From Octopus sinensis (lineage: Eukaryota), in NCBI RefSeq assembly GCF_006345805.1, contig NC_043003.1:4402001-4466000 (forward strand): a DNA stretch of 64,000 nt, in the 5' to 3' direction. The notes under the pieces were generated by a model that saw nothing but the letters and a program-made list of their open reading frames with translations, ran no database searches and was not told the DNA's origin. Shown piece by piece: positions 38,693-53,298 of the stretch. The number at the start of each line of letters is the position of its first letter. The first letter of the stretch is position 1. The position numbers and the translations under genes were made by a program.

Positions 38693-39959
38693 AGGTATCA
38701 GCCAAGGAGCTACAATCATACCCTGTACCTTATTTTGAGTACTAACTCTGGTTCACACGCCCTCTCCGCTCTCAACCACTCTCTCTCTCTCTCTCTCTCT
38801 GTATAGGGAGAGGGAGGGGTGGGAGGGAGAGAAGTGTGTGTGTGTGTGCGTGTGGATGTAGATGTTTGTGAGTGAAATTAAATATTTACTGCATGGAACT
38901 TTGTGTCAAGGAGAATCAGTTGAGAAGTGAATTAGTTGAGGGCCAAAAGGAATGGTTAGGGTTAACACACTTCTCGGCAGCAGAACAGACAAAAAAAAAA
39001 CATTATCAGCATTTCAATGTTTCTCAAATTAAAGACGTTTAGTCGAAATTTGTGACAAGAATTTACTTGGAAGAGGGAAGTTATTATCTAATAAGCATTT
39101 CGTAATCTGATGGCGAAAGAATTACATCTAATTCCTCAACATTTTTGGATTTAAAGTTACTTAGATCTGCAATTTTAAAAATGGTGCTTATCACAGGAAA
39201 TTAAGATGACTGAAATTAGAGCAGATGATTTATTTTTATATCTTGTAAAAAAAAAACGGTATAAATATTTTTGGCTAGTGTACATATGTTCTTTTAGATG
39301 CTAGGGTATTTCCTTTCTGCTATCTGGCATTTTATTGTCAGTACTAAAACATTGCTTCTTAGAATTTGGACAAATTTCAAGTTTCGTAGTGAAATAAGTT
39401 TCCGATTTCTTCCCAGCAATCTTAGCACATCAGGTTTAATGTTCAGAATAATTTGTTCATGCAATGTCTTCTATTTTATGTTAGGACTCATTTCTAGAAT
39501 GGTTTTCTTTTCTTGTTTCTTCTTTTCATTTTATCTTCTCGGCAAATCGTAAAAATCTGATAAGGTGTATTAAGGATTTGGGCAGATGCGGCACCGAAAA
39601 CAGGGCCTTTTTTAAAACTTATGTTGCTGAACTGTTTAATTGAGCCACAGTTTATCTCTTAGTTCGAGGAGGAAAGAACTGATTGTCTGGTATTCCGAGG
39701 GTCTCCAAAATTGACAGGTTCATGGGGGACAATTATTCTCAGAGCAGACACGGGGGTGGGAAGAAGTAAATGGGTGTTGATATTAATCCAGGCAATCAAA
39801 AATAAGCGACCTCAAAATGGAAAAGTCCCTCTCATGGGCTTCTTTACACTTTCAGACTGAGTTTTCCTCTCAAAGCTTCCATCATAGTCCACCCTAAAGG
39901 TAGAAGATGTTTGTCCGATGTGACATGGAGTAGGATTAAACACAAAACGCTGTGAATGT

Positions 39960-40066
39960 AGGCTCAGGGGTGACTGTGCGGTGAGAAGTTTGCTCCCCAA
40001 CAACAAAGTTCCGGGTTCATTCCCATTACGTAGCACCTTAAGTGCCTTGGGCCGATCAAAGCCTTG
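39960..40066 (+). mobile_element. Diverged SINE family B head; a diverged B tail lies at 40645-40818
   Basis: gttccgggttcattccc...gggccgatcaaagccttg. Confidence 0.55.
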
Positions 40067-40487
40067 CATATATATATAATAAATGTCAAAACGAATTTTT
40101 TGTATGTCAGTGAGTCATACTTTAAAACCCACTCTCTCACTATTCAATGGCATTTAATATGTACTCAATGCATGAAGTGTTATTGTTGGGCCCGAGGCCC
40201 AATGGAAAGCCCTCCACAAGAGCTAGCTTAAAAGCTGCCCAATAGGGCTAATATATATAGCTAATATATATAGTGGCTAATATATATATATATATATATA
40301 TAGGCTAATATACTTTATTTAAAGCAGCAGAAAATTCAACAAAACCTGTTACTCTGAGTTTTCCGTTGCCGTTCATCCCTGGTATTTGAGTACTCTTTTT
40401 TTCCACCTTGTTTCACATTTATGTGTTTACTCCGGTATAGAGCTAATATATATATATAGGGCTAATATATATAAGCTAATATATATA

Positions 40488-40534
<47 letters not shown>

Positions 40535-41755
40535 CAAAACAGTTTGGTTCGGATTGCGTGCAACTTCAATATGTATGTGTATGTATGTTTGCATGTGTGC
40601 ATTTGTGTGTATGTGTGTGTGTATGTATTTGCGTCTGTGTTTCTCCACCACCATCATTCGACATCGGTTTTAGTTTGCTTACATTCCCGTAACTTAGCGC
40701 TTCGGCAAAAGGGTTCATTCATACTTGGGTTCATTCGTTCGACTAAAATTCTTCAAGACGGTGCCCCAGCATCGCCGCAAACTAATGAATGAAACAAATG
40801 AAAATAAAAGATAAAAGCGTACAACCGTGCCGGTGCTTGTGGTTTAATGAGGTCTTTTAGAGCTGCAGGAATGCCAAAGGATATTGAACTATTACGACAT
40901 TTACTGCCATTACTTCGCATCATAGATATTACAGTGATCATTTTTATTTAGAACAAATTTCATATCCCAATAACTACCAAACATTAAATACTTGCATAAA
41001 ATAGTTAATTAATCACAGATTGTGTGGACTCATTAAACACTCCTGTCAACATCGTGCAAACAATATTTCCATTTCCATTTTCCATAACGTTTCTTAAATA
41101 TTTTTAGTATCAATCATTTAATTAATTCATCACCCGATTAAAGAATCAGTCAATCAAATTCTGTTGCAACTAGGAAGCTCGTAGATTCACTCTCGTACCC
41201 TCCTCCATCTCTGTTAGTGATCAACCAAACATGTTTTCTTATATCCTCGTTCCTTTGTTGCTCATAATCTACCGTTTAGCTGATATTCCTCTTTTGCCGG
41301 GAGTTTCCATAGAGAAAACCCTGGTAGAAGGAATCAGGGGCAATGGTGACATTTTATATGTCCAAGCACCTTCTTTTCCCACCCTTTCACACTTGGTAGA
41401 CGAGTTTCATGATGTTGGGCAGTCATTGTACAAAATACCTTCAGATATGCACATTAGGTTATTTTTTTGTATTATCTGAAATAGAATACCCGCATATCTA
41501 TTAATCCCCCAAACTGCATTATATATATATATAATCAAAATAAGCAACAGGACATCAAGAAGTGATGCAGTACGACCGTTTCAAGCGGTTCCACTTAATT
41601 GAACAATGCAATCATTACATCAATTTAAATGCTGCACAAATAAATAAATAACATTTTAACCAGTCGGACACATTAATATATATGTATATATGAATTTTTG
41701 CGTAATGAAATAAAAAAAAACAAGGCTGTATGGATATTAGAGCATTTATAGATAG

Positions 41756-41810
41756 GTCTTACAGCTGTTTCTAGAATATTAATTAATAATAATATCCCTT
41801 CATCGGAGAC
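41756..41810 (-). ncRNA. Type-I hammerhead ribozyme motif (U4C core, family G)
   Basis: GUCU-CCGAUGA-A-GGGAUAUU/loop/AAUAUUCU-A-GAAA-CAGCUGU-A-AGAC. Confidence 0.7.
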
Positions 41811-42003
41811 GGTGTGAGAGGAAAAGTTAAGTCATAGTTAGTTTCGATGTGATACAAATAGAGAGTGAAGTGGAGGAAAGAAAATAGATGTAAGATATGT
41901 ATGGTTATTGAGTTCATAAGTCTGTTTTATAGGCATAATGTTTATATATGTGTAATATTCCAATATCCTATGAGTAAAATCCAAAAGTCTTACAGAATGT
42001 ATT

Positions 42004-42067
<64 letters not shown>

Positions 42068-42189
42068 TAAATAGATAGATACATGTGAAATGTTGCTTGC
42101 ATTAATTTCAGCGCTTATTATTAGCTACATTTTTTTCTTATCGGTTAAAATGACATTTGGTTGTTCAAAGAAGAGTTCAAAAGTAACTA

Positions 42190-43235
42190 GACGCGTTTTT
42201 TCTTGAAAATCGACAAAATCTCGCATGCTGATGTTAAGTACCGGCAGAAATAGAGTTTAGCCCTCAGGAACTTTCGTGTTGACATGGTTGCGTCAGTAGT
42301 GAGAATGATGCAGGTTTATCAATGTTCAAAAGTGAGTAAATGAATTTAGGAGGGGAAAGGGTAGATTCTTGAAGATGAGCCAAGGTCTGAATGTACTGCA
42401 ACTTCCACAACCGAAGAAAACATTGATCGTGTTCACCACAAGCTGATAGATGACTGGCGATTGACCATAAATCAAATAGTCAAAGCTGTTAGCTTATCTC
42501 GCGAAGCATTCTACTTAAGTCAAACAATTATCTCAGAGAATTTGCACGATGACGATTTCTGCTCGGTAGGTACCACGTCATCTAAACCCCGATCAAAAAC
42601 TCACCAGGCTGATCTCTACATGTCAAAACCTGACACTGTTTGAGACAGATCCATCTGGTTTCCTTGAACATTTTCTAAACTAGGACGAGTGTTGGATTCA
42701 TCAATTTGAGCCAGAGACAAAGAGACAATCCATGGAGTGTAAATCCGTTCAGAGAAAACCAATGTCGTTTTATCTTCAGGGAAGGCGATGGCCTCAGTGT
42801 TTTGGAATGTAAAATGCATTGCATTTATTGACTATCTTGGAAAGGGCCACACCATCAATGGAGAGTACTATGCCACCTTGCTGAGGCAGATATGAAAGGT
42901 TATCAAAAGTAAATGCCCAGAAAAGTGACGAGGGGGGGGGGTCCTGTTTCATCAAGAAAATGCTCCAGCACACAAGTCCTTGGTTTCAATGGCTACTGTG
43001 TGTGACTACGGCTTTGAAGGGGTTCATCCCTTTCTCTGTTCTCCTGATTTGGCCTCTCCTGATTATCACCTGTTCTCCATCATGAAAAACAGCTAGAGAC
43101 CAGTATCGTAGCGATGATGACGTCACGTCTGCTGTTGTTGAACTTTTTGAGCAGCAGGGTGAAAGCTTCTTCACCTATGGGATCCAAGAACTGCAACTCC
43201 GGTGGAAGAAATGTGTGAACCGCAATGAGGACGCC
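42190..43235 (+). pseudogene. Mariner (Tc1/mariner) transposase fossil
   Basis: DECWIHQFEPETKRQSM, MASVFW, INGEYY, LFHQENAPAH and a SPDL..DYHLF-like motif, with many stops and frameshifts. Confidence 0.85.
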
Positions 43236-44658
43236 GTTAAAAAATTTGGTCAATATGATGATTAATTCTGGTACTGAAAGCTAAGGGAGACAACTGTAAT
43301 ATTTACTTTCACATAAAACTATGTTACAACAGAAACTGTGCAAACACTGATTTTTAAGTCTAATCTTACCCACCCCTACCGCCGCCGCCACCATCATGCT
43401 GCATATCCAGATTGCATCTTTAATTATTTTAATTAATTAACATTTCATGGCTTATTAAGAGAAGTATGTGAACCATCAACTACACTAAATTACTTTTACA
43501 TAATTTATTTAGTTGTAATAAGCAGCTAGAAGAAAAATTGAAATTATGAACTGAGTGTATGAATAAATTTGAGTTATGAAGCAGGGGGAGTAAGTAAGAA
43601 GGGCAGCAGACTGACAGAAATAAAGCTGCAACGCTTGAAATTTGATCTAAAATGAAAAAGAGTTGTGATGGTATTTGCTCATTAATTTCCAAAATATATC
43701 TTCGCTAACTCTTCGTCTCTATGGAGGCTTTGAGAGACTCGTGTCATTTTACACAAATAGAGGTGACAAGATCTATCGTTTTGCACCGAATTTGAAGCCC
43801 ATATTCATTCAAATACCAACTCATGTCAAGAGTAATTCTTCAAATAAGCGTTATTTTTTTTTATCTATTATTTGCTTGCTATTTTCTATTTTCCATTTTC
43901 TCTCTTCCTTTTGACGCTTGTTGAATGTTTGGCACATCAGTTAATGACGAAACATTCTACTTAAGTCAAACAGTTATCTCAGAGATAATAATGTTGATTC
44001 TGATGGGAAAATAATGGTAATACTGGTTTCAGGTTTGGAACAAAACTCCAGATTTTGTGCTAGAGTTTGGGGACAATTCCTCTATCGATCTTCACACTTA
44101 ACAGAGAATTATTCTATCAGTCTTATAGTTATGAAATACAAAACCAAAGATGCTGAGATTTGGAGTCAGAGACAAGACATCTCAGATTCTCTCTCTCTTT
44201 CTACTATCTGTCAATTCCACAGACCCTCCAGTTACCATTATGTCCACTCTTTACTTTGTAGAACGGCAGCCTCTGTGGATATCCGCCATTGCTCATGTTT
44301 TCCCTAAAAGTGTCAACTTGGAAAAGTTTAAGTTGAACGTTCACAGTATCAACTTCACCTGTATTAAATCACCTGCGGAAAAGATGCGCCCTGTTCCTTC
44401 TTCGAGACCCAGGAAGTAAAAATAATTACTAAGGAGTATAAAAGTACCGGAACACTACTTGAATTAAAAGTTAACGATTTCATTTGCAGGTCATGATGTT
44501 TTGCTATTGTTTTTAGCCATATAGCGCCTTTCACAGAGAGATCTTCGATCAACGACATGCCAACCATGACGTCTCTGTCCTACTCTCGGTCATTACGTTT
44601 ATTTTCAAATGTATACCTCACTTTCTAAGGCGCTAGCTTGTAATCTGAGTGGATGTTG

Positions 44659-44758
44659 NNNNNNNNNNNNNNNNNNNNNNNNNNNNNNNNNNNNNNNNNN
44701 NNNNNNNNNNNNNNNNNNNNNNNNNNNNNNNNNNNNNNNNNNNNNNNNNNNNNNNNNN
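44659..44758. other. Assembly gap, 100 N
   Basis: Run of N. Confidence 1.
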
Positions 44759-44763
44759 TATAT

Positions 44764-44815
<52 letters not shown>

Positions 44816-45129
44816 TAGATATTATGTATGTATGTATATATATATATGTATTGTTAGGATAGAAAGATATATAGACTGATAGATAGATAAGTAGATAGAA
44901 AGATAGACACAAACGTACATAACGACTTTATGGTGATAAATTCAAACTATGGAAAAACCACTGAATGCTTACAGTACGTATGATAACTATACCAGCGCAC
45001 GCGCCCTGGCCAGCATACATTCAATATGTATGTGTGTGTGTATGTATGTGTGCATATATGTATGTGTGTATGTATATGTGTGTATGTATGTATGTATTAC
45101 GTGTATTTGTATGTATATGTGTATTTGTG

Positions 45130-45845
45130 TGTGTGTATGCATGTGTGTATATATGTATATGTGCAGATTTGTATGTTTTGCTTTATGTATGTATTCTAAT
45201 GCATATAGTTGCATATCAAGACATGCTCATATATATTTAAATAATAAACTTCTGGAAAGATTTTTACTGTTCCAGTGATGGATTGGATCTGGAGTCATCG
45301 AATTAGCCTTCTTCTTTCTGGCTTTGAGAACCCTAATTTCTCAAGATTGGTAATTAGGCAGTGCGTTACATTTCCTAGGGCCCCAATAAGTACATATATC
45401 AACCTGAACTTGTAATCTGGATAGAATAACTGCAGATTTCTCAATAGTTCAGCATAGGTGTTCTCTTTTTCGCCGATCTTCAGCTTTATGTTAGCATCCA
45501 CTGAGCAGCTAATTTCCACAACTGTACACAGTTTCTCTTCTCTATCCCAAATCATTATATCAGGTCTGTTGTGTTTAGATTTTATTGAGGTCTTCACTGG
45601 TACGATCCACCAGTATTCCTTTTCATTAGGAGTGGCTATGGCTTCTCCATATTGTGAGTTTTTATTTCTTTGTCCTTGGGATTATCCTTCCGACGGATTT
45701 CATTATAGAGTGTCCTAGCTACAACGTCGTATCTCATCGTTAGATAATACCATGATGACATTTTCGGACAACTGCTTTGTGCATCAGGTACTTGGTTGAT
45801 AATTTCCTGTTCCTGGATTGCAAACGCATACCCTTCAAAATGGGA
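45130..45845 (-). mobile_element. R4/Dong-like LINE 3' end with restriction-like endonuclease domain
   Basis: SCPKMSSWYYLTMRYDVVAR and HNRPDIMIWDREEKLCTVVEISC (PD..E motif). The 3' UTR runs into TACA repeats. Confidence 0.8.
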
Positions 45846-45872
45846 GGTAAATATGCATGTATGCATATATAT

Positions 45873-45904
<32 letters not shown>

Positions 45905-46008
45905 ATATATAATATATATGCTCATGTATGTATGTATCCATACGTATTATACATACATACATACGCACACACATATATATGTATGTATATTTATTTTTTA
46001 ATTTTTAA

Positions 46009-46226
46009 TACTTTTATTTGTTTCAGTCATTTGACTGTGGCCATGCTGGAACACTGACGTAGTCTGAGAAATCGACCCCTGGACTATTCTTCGCAAGCCT
46101 GGTCTTATCTATCGGAATCTTTTGCCGAACCGTTAAGTTACGGGGACTAAAACACACCAACATCGATTATCAAGCACTGGTGGGGGACGAACACAGACAC
46201 AAAACAACGCATATATATATATATAT

Positions 46227-46283
<57 letters not shown>

Positions 46284-46413
46284 CTATATATATATATATA
46301 TACATACGACGGCTTCTTTCAGTTTCCTCCGTCCGCTAAATCGACTCACAATGTTTTGGTCGGCTATAGTAGAGATGACTTACCCAAGTTGCCACGCAGG
46401 GGGATTGAACCCC
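46009..46413 (-). mobile_element. SINE family B, diverged
   Basis: Tail, body and partial head are recognisable. Confidence 0.8.
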
Positions 46414-46693
46414 AGTTAGAAAGTAAGTTAGTGTCAGTGAAATATATATTCGATATTACGCAAATACTGTGTCAGTCCGTGTCCATTGCGTTTATGCGCT
46501 TAAAAACATTTATTTTAATCATGTATCAGTGTGTGCATACATATCTATAGATGTACGTATATATGTATATATATATATATACATGCGTATATATATACAC
46601 GTAGCACACATGTATATATACTATATATAGGCACACACACACACATATAACATATACATATATATATTTATATTTATGCATATACGTATATAT

Positions 46694-46737
<44 letters not shown>

Positions 46738-46841
46738 ATATATATATATAATGTTGTATGAGTAATTATTTGCTTTTTGTAGTTCGTTATCCATCCACCA
46801 CTAAATTCTTCCTGAACAGCGCTCCCTTTCTTTCACGCTCT

Positions 46842-46874
<33 letters not shown>

Positions 46875-47742
46875 TCTGTATATATATCGACATATAAATA
46901 CCTACTTATGTAAGCTGGTACAATATCCGTAAACTGTCTCACACGTGTTGGCTTGTTAATTAAGTTAGAATGATATCCTCGCTCTACTTGATTTCAACTC
47001 AGACGAAGAATGACCGAAATTCGAGTCCAACGTTAAGATTCCTAAAAAGCACTACTTACCAATATTTATTGTCACATGATGGCAGAGCGAGATTACATAG
47101 TTTCGCTTAAGCATGACTCATCGGAAATAACTGCAGAGATTAAATGTTACTAGTAAGTACTTGTTTGTCCACATCAAAGAGTAATTATTTGGTTTGGAAT
47201 TGTATAGAATTTGTGGTGCTGTCGATATTTATTGACGAAAGAAGCTATTTCTGTATGTAACAAGCTAATGTTGCGAAGAGATATGTATAAATAATTAGTC
47301 CAAACAAATATACTGGAACTGTTATGTATATTTTGTTGTAGTTTTAGGTTTTTTCTTTCATTTCTTTCTTTTATTGTTTTATTTATTTCTTCCTGAGAAG
47401 ATTTCTCTATTTGTATCATTTGGATGAAATCATTGAGCGTTGGACAGAATTACTCGAGGAATTTGATTGAGAGGCTTAAGTTCTGAGTTCATATTACACC
47501 TAGGTAAACTTTTTTTTGCTATACTTCTAGATTTCGTGAAATAATTAGCTGCCATTAGTGTACTTTTGTTGATAGAAGAGATTGTTCTCCCTTCTCAACA
47601 GTGCACCCTTCAACATCTGTTAGAAGACATATTGGTAAAAATTCCTTCTACTTTTAGCACAAGAGGAGGTAGTTTTAAAGGGAGGAGCCAAGTCAAAAAC
47701 ATCGACTTCAATACTTCACTCGAACTTTATTTTTATCGAACC

Positions 47743-47898
47743 CAGAGTGCAACCGCCATTGCTACGTATTTTGTCGACCCCAAAAAGATGTCAGGCAAAG
47801 ACGACCCTGTCACAATTTGAACTCAGAACGTAAAGGCCGGCGAAATGCTGCTAAGAATTTTGTCCGGTATACTTACGTTTCTGCCAAGCTCCCTGCCT
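47743..47898 (-). mobile_element. SINE family A, diverged
   Basis: Reverse complement of head and core. Confidence 0.7.
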
Positions 47899-47974
47899 TA
47901 ACAACAACAACAACATCATGATCATGATCATCATTATCAATATCATGATCATCATCATGATCATCATCATCACC

Positions 47975-49030
47975 AGCAACAGGGTATGATGTAAAATTGG
48001 AAGAATTAAAACAAAGAGTGTTTACTATCAAAGCAAACTGGAGAGACATGACAGTAGAACAAAACAATTCAGGCAAAGCAGAAGAAACTCTTTCAGGGAC
48101 TAGAAGGGCAGTTACATGTAACAATGATACCAGATGCAGAGGAATGCAAAGCTTTCTGGAGCGGGATCTGGGCCCAAACTTTAGAGTATCCTCATCATTG
48201 TTCGAGCGTGGTCGAGACAATGGAATTTACTATGTTACGCCAGACTTCACGGTCTATCATAGCATTACGGAGGTCCTGTTGCTGGATGCCTGTATCCCTG
48301 GAGATTACATCAGGGTAGGAGAGTGTGCGCCCTCTGGTATCGTGAGCAGATGGCTTCCAGAGGAGAAAAGTAGAAATTACCTCGTTTTCAGCTCTACAAC
48401 AATGTCCAGCAAACTGGACTCTACTACCTTTCACAAGATGATACAGGTGGTAGAGCATAATGATGAAGCGAAGAGGCTGCATGAAATCCAGGTTAGGTTA
48501 AGAAATATCGAAGGCCAAGAAGACATAAAGATAACTACAGAAATTATAAAAAAGCAGTTAAGAAAATTACCAAATTAGAAGAACCCAGGACCTGATGGAG
48601 TCCAGGGTTATTGGATGAAGAAGCTGAGCTAGATGAGTGCTTACATGAAGGCGCAGAAAGACGTTGTTATGTGCCAAGGATCCTTAAAAGGGAACTGTTG
48701 CATCTAACTTGAGACCAATAACGTGGCCTCCGCTAATGTGGAAACTAACCTTAGGTGCTTTCCAGAGAACTGTATAGATACTTGGTAAAAAGTGGGTTGC
48801 ACCTATTGAACAGAAAGGGTGCCAAAAGAGGAACCGGGGAACGAAGGATCAGCTCTTAATTGATAATCTAATTATCAGGAATTGCAAGAGAAGACACACA
48901 AACCTGGGCATGGCATGGGTTGACTATCTTAACACATAAGATATGATATCACACTCCTGGATAATAAGAGTAATGGAAATGTATGGAATCGCAGAAAACA
49001 TGAGAAGCCTTATATGGAACAGCATGAAAT
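47975..49030 (+). pseudogene. R4/Dong-like RT N-terminal fossil, interrupted by an RTE insertion
   Basis: FWSGIW...EHNDEAK...PGPDGVQGYWMKKL...QKGC...GTKDQLLID...NLGMAWVDY. Confidence 0.8.
48190..48450 (-). mobile_element. RTE-like LINE 3' end nested in the R4 fossil
   Basis: RVQFAGHCCR...DLRNAMIDREVWR, tgatga tail, TSD tagagtat / tagagcat. Confidence 0.75.
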
Positions 49031-49761
49031 GTTAGGGAACGGAATTGACTGCTGGGAGCCATGTCAGGGCTTTTTAAAATTTACCCTGGTAGTTACGAGC
49101 TCAAAATTCATCGAATCAAACCAGTTTGTTGATCCTCATCGATGCCGAGAGCTTCCCCGAGAAAATCCTCGTTCTTTTCCATCGCCAACAACATTTTAAA
49201 CTTTTTCTAATAATTTGTAAGAAAGGTACAGGATCTCAGATTTGAGGACAGAGTAATCAATTTACCCTAGTGTATGACTGGTACATTAATTAGTTAACTT
49301 CGATGAATGACAAGCAAACTCACTGTAGTATTTGAGCTCGGCAAAATCTGGCCACGGTTGATGCTTTGCTCCGCTCCTGGTGGAATCGATACCGTAACAG
49401 CAAGTACTAGGGCTAATATAATCATTTGAGAAATACCATTCAAAATATAAACCGTAAATCGATATTAGAAACTAATATATTTGAGCTATTTCAATATCTG
49501 TTGAGGTTATTGATCATTTGTCTATCATATTTACTCTGTAGATAGATCAATACACAGCTGTTGCCTTATTTGATCACTTGCCTTTCATATTGACACCATA
49601 GATATTTCTGCTCACAACTGTATTGATCACTTACCAATCATTAATACTGTCCACATATTGATTCACGCAACCTTAATACCAGCCAAAAAGAGAGTCCAAA
49701 CATTCTCGTCCTAGAAATACTAAGAGTGTATGTATGTAAGTATGTATGTATATATATATCG

Positions 49762-50085
49762 GGGACCCCCTTCAGTCACGAATGGCCATGGGATTGTACC
49801 TAGAAAGTTACCCTCCGAGGCACAAGTCCGGGCAAGGTTGTTTATGGGAGACATGCATACCGGCCTCCCCTGTTCACGCCGCCGATGGTATCCAAGAGAA
49901 AGGCAAAGGGGCCGATACAGCTTGGCGCCAGTGACGTTGCAACTCATTTCTACAGATGAGTGAACTGGAGCAATGTGAAATAAAGTGTCTTGCTCAAGAA
50001 CACAACACGCAGCACGGTCCGGAATTCGAACTCACAACCCCACGGTCGTAAGTTCGATGCTCTATCCACTGAGCCATGCGCCTTC
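49762..50085 (-). mobile_element. SINE family D, full length
   Basis: Colinear with 23225-23557. Confidence 0.9.
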
Positions 50086-50719
50086 TCACACACACACACA
50101 CATGCGCGTGTGTGTATGTGTGTATGTACTCTTTTACCAAATGGATAACATTTAACAAGAAATAAAAGAACGGAATTTACAGCAGAGAGATATTGCTACT
50201 TTATAAGCGTACTCGGGATGTCGTACGGCTACTTAAGATTCAAGTTGTAGGTGCAAGCCGATTCCTGCAACGTTTGGTGATATCAACAATTAATCACGCC
50301 TAAAAAAAAAAAAAACTGATTTGAGAAGGTAGGAGATGAAACCTTAAAAAAAAGGGACACGAAAATATAGCAAAAGGATGTGGGAATGTGAAGATGTGGG
50401 AATGTGTGGTGGGTCAGATGCATTGGAAGGCAAATGAAGTTTTGGGGATTACTTGGGGTGTAAAGAATGGAATTTGTAAAGAAATGGTGAAATTGAAATA
50501 TATGTGTGCATATACACAAATATTAACAAGTGAAACTAATTAGTACATAGGTAATCGTGTTATTATTTCGTATATTTTCATTTGTCTTGCTTATTTTTAC
50601 ATTTCGGTTTTTTGCTGAATTTTTTCTTCAGAACACATTCTTCGTCGAAAATGACGATTTTGACGTCTATATTTAGCATACAGGCTGTCCATGTTTTTAG
50701 AGCTCAGTCCTCTAAATTT

Positions 50720-50721
50720 TG

Positions 50722-50775
<54 letters not shown>

Positions 50776-52028
50776 TATAATATATATATGTAATATGCCA
50801 TATATATATTATTATAAATGTTATATATATGTATCATATATATGTTAATATAATATGTATATATATGTTATATATATATGTATATATATATGTTTTATAT
50901 ATATGTATAGATATATGTGGTATATCTTTGTATATAATGTATGTATATATATATATATATATAATGTATAATATATATGTATATAATATATGTATATATA
51001 TATAGGTAAATATATATGTATATATATATATGTATTATATATATATATGTATATATAGGTATATATATATATGTATAAGTATATATATGTATATATATAT
51101 AGGTATATATATATGTATATTATATATATGTATATATATCTAATATGTATATAGTATATATATATGTATATATATATGTATATATAGGTATATATATATG
51201 TATATATATATATGTATTATATATGTAATATAGGTATATATATATTATATATATATATATATATATGTATATAAAGGTATATATCTATGTATATATATAT
51301 ATATATGTATATATATATGTATATATATATAGGTATATATATAGTGTTTATATATATATATATATGTATATATATACGGTATATAATATGTATATATATA
51401 TATATGTATATATTGTATATATATATATATAGGTATGTATAATATGTATATATATATAATATGTATATATATGTATATATATATATGTATATATATATGT
51501 ATATATATGTATATATATATATTATATATATATATGTATATATATATGTATATATATATGTATATTATATATATGTATATATATATATATGTATAATATA
51601 TATATGTATATATATATATTATGTATATATATAGTATATATATATGTATATAATATATGTATATATATATATGTATATATATATGTATATATATATATGT
51701 ATATATATTATGTATATATATATGTATATTATGTTATATATATATGTATATATATATGTATATATATATGTATATATATATGTATATTATATAGATGTAT
51801 ATATATTGTATATATAATATGTATATATATTGTATATATATATGTATAATATATATATGATATATATATATGATATATATATGTATATATATATATGTAT
51901 ATATATATGTATATATATATGTATATATATATGTATATATATATGTATATATATATGTATATATATATGTATATATATATGTATATATATATGTATATAA
52001 TATGTATTATATATATGTTATATATATG

Positions 52029-52059
<31 letters not shown>

Positions 52060-52121
52060 GTATATATATATATGTATATATATATGTATATATATATGTA
52101 TATATATGGTATATATATATG

Positions 52122-52155
<34 letters not shown>

Positions 52156-52162
52156 TATATGG

Positions 52163-52197
<35 letters not shown>

Positions 52198-52920
52198 ATA
52201 TATATATTGGATATATATATATATATATATATGCATAATATATATATATATATGCATATATATATGTATGTATATATATACTACAAATTAGAAAATGGAG
52301 AAACATACTTAAATCAATCAAATATCAACCATCAGATGATACCCAATCAATACTTTATTACACACATACATAACAGTAAAGGCATTATACAAAATATATA
52401 GTAAATATAATTAGACAATGAAATAGAAATATAAAATATAAAATATAATATATAATTATATCATATCTGACAGCTGTTTCGGCCATAAGGGCAAGCATGC
52501 CTCATATAATCTGCCTTATATGGCTTATAGGTTAAATGAGGCATGCTTGCCCTTATGGCCGAAACAGCTGTCAGATATGATATAATTATATATTATATTT
52601 TATATTTTATATTTCTATTTCATTGTCTAATTATATTTACTATATATTTTGTATAATGCCTTTACTGTTATGTAATGTGTAATAAAGTATTGATTGGGTA
52701 TCATCTGATGGTTGATATTTGATTGATTAAGTAGTTTCTCCATTTTCTAATTTTGTATTATTAATTTACGGTAATATTTTACCTTTGCCCACATAATACA
52801 GTAGAGAATTAATTGCATGGCAATTTTTAACATTTATGTATTAGTATTGTTGGGTACCATCTCTAGCAGTATATTGGATATATGTTATCCATGTGGGTTG
52901 AATTTTCACCCCCTATCTCG

Positions 52921-52995
<75 letters not shown>

Positions 52996-53045
52996 GTATA
53001 TATATAATATATGTATATATATATATATGTAATATATATATAATG

Positions 53046-53076
<31 letters not shown>

Positions 53077-53267
53077 GTTATATATATATATGTTATATAT
53101 AGTATATATATATATATGTATATATATTATATGTATATATTATGTATATATATATGTATATATATATATATGTATATTATAATATATGTAATATTATATG
53201 TATATATGATATATATATGGTATATATATATATATATAGTATATATATATAGGTATATATATATATT

Positions 53268-53298
<31 letters not shown>

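Noticed and set aside
39290-39620. Possible R4-type endonuclease remnant (KPDVL) on the minus strand
   Set aside because: Too many stops and frameshifts to support a call.
40345-40380. Minus-strand GGGAUGA-ACG..CG-GAAAACUCAGAGUA-ACAGG
   Set aside because: Hammerhead-like outline, but the core and stem I are broken.
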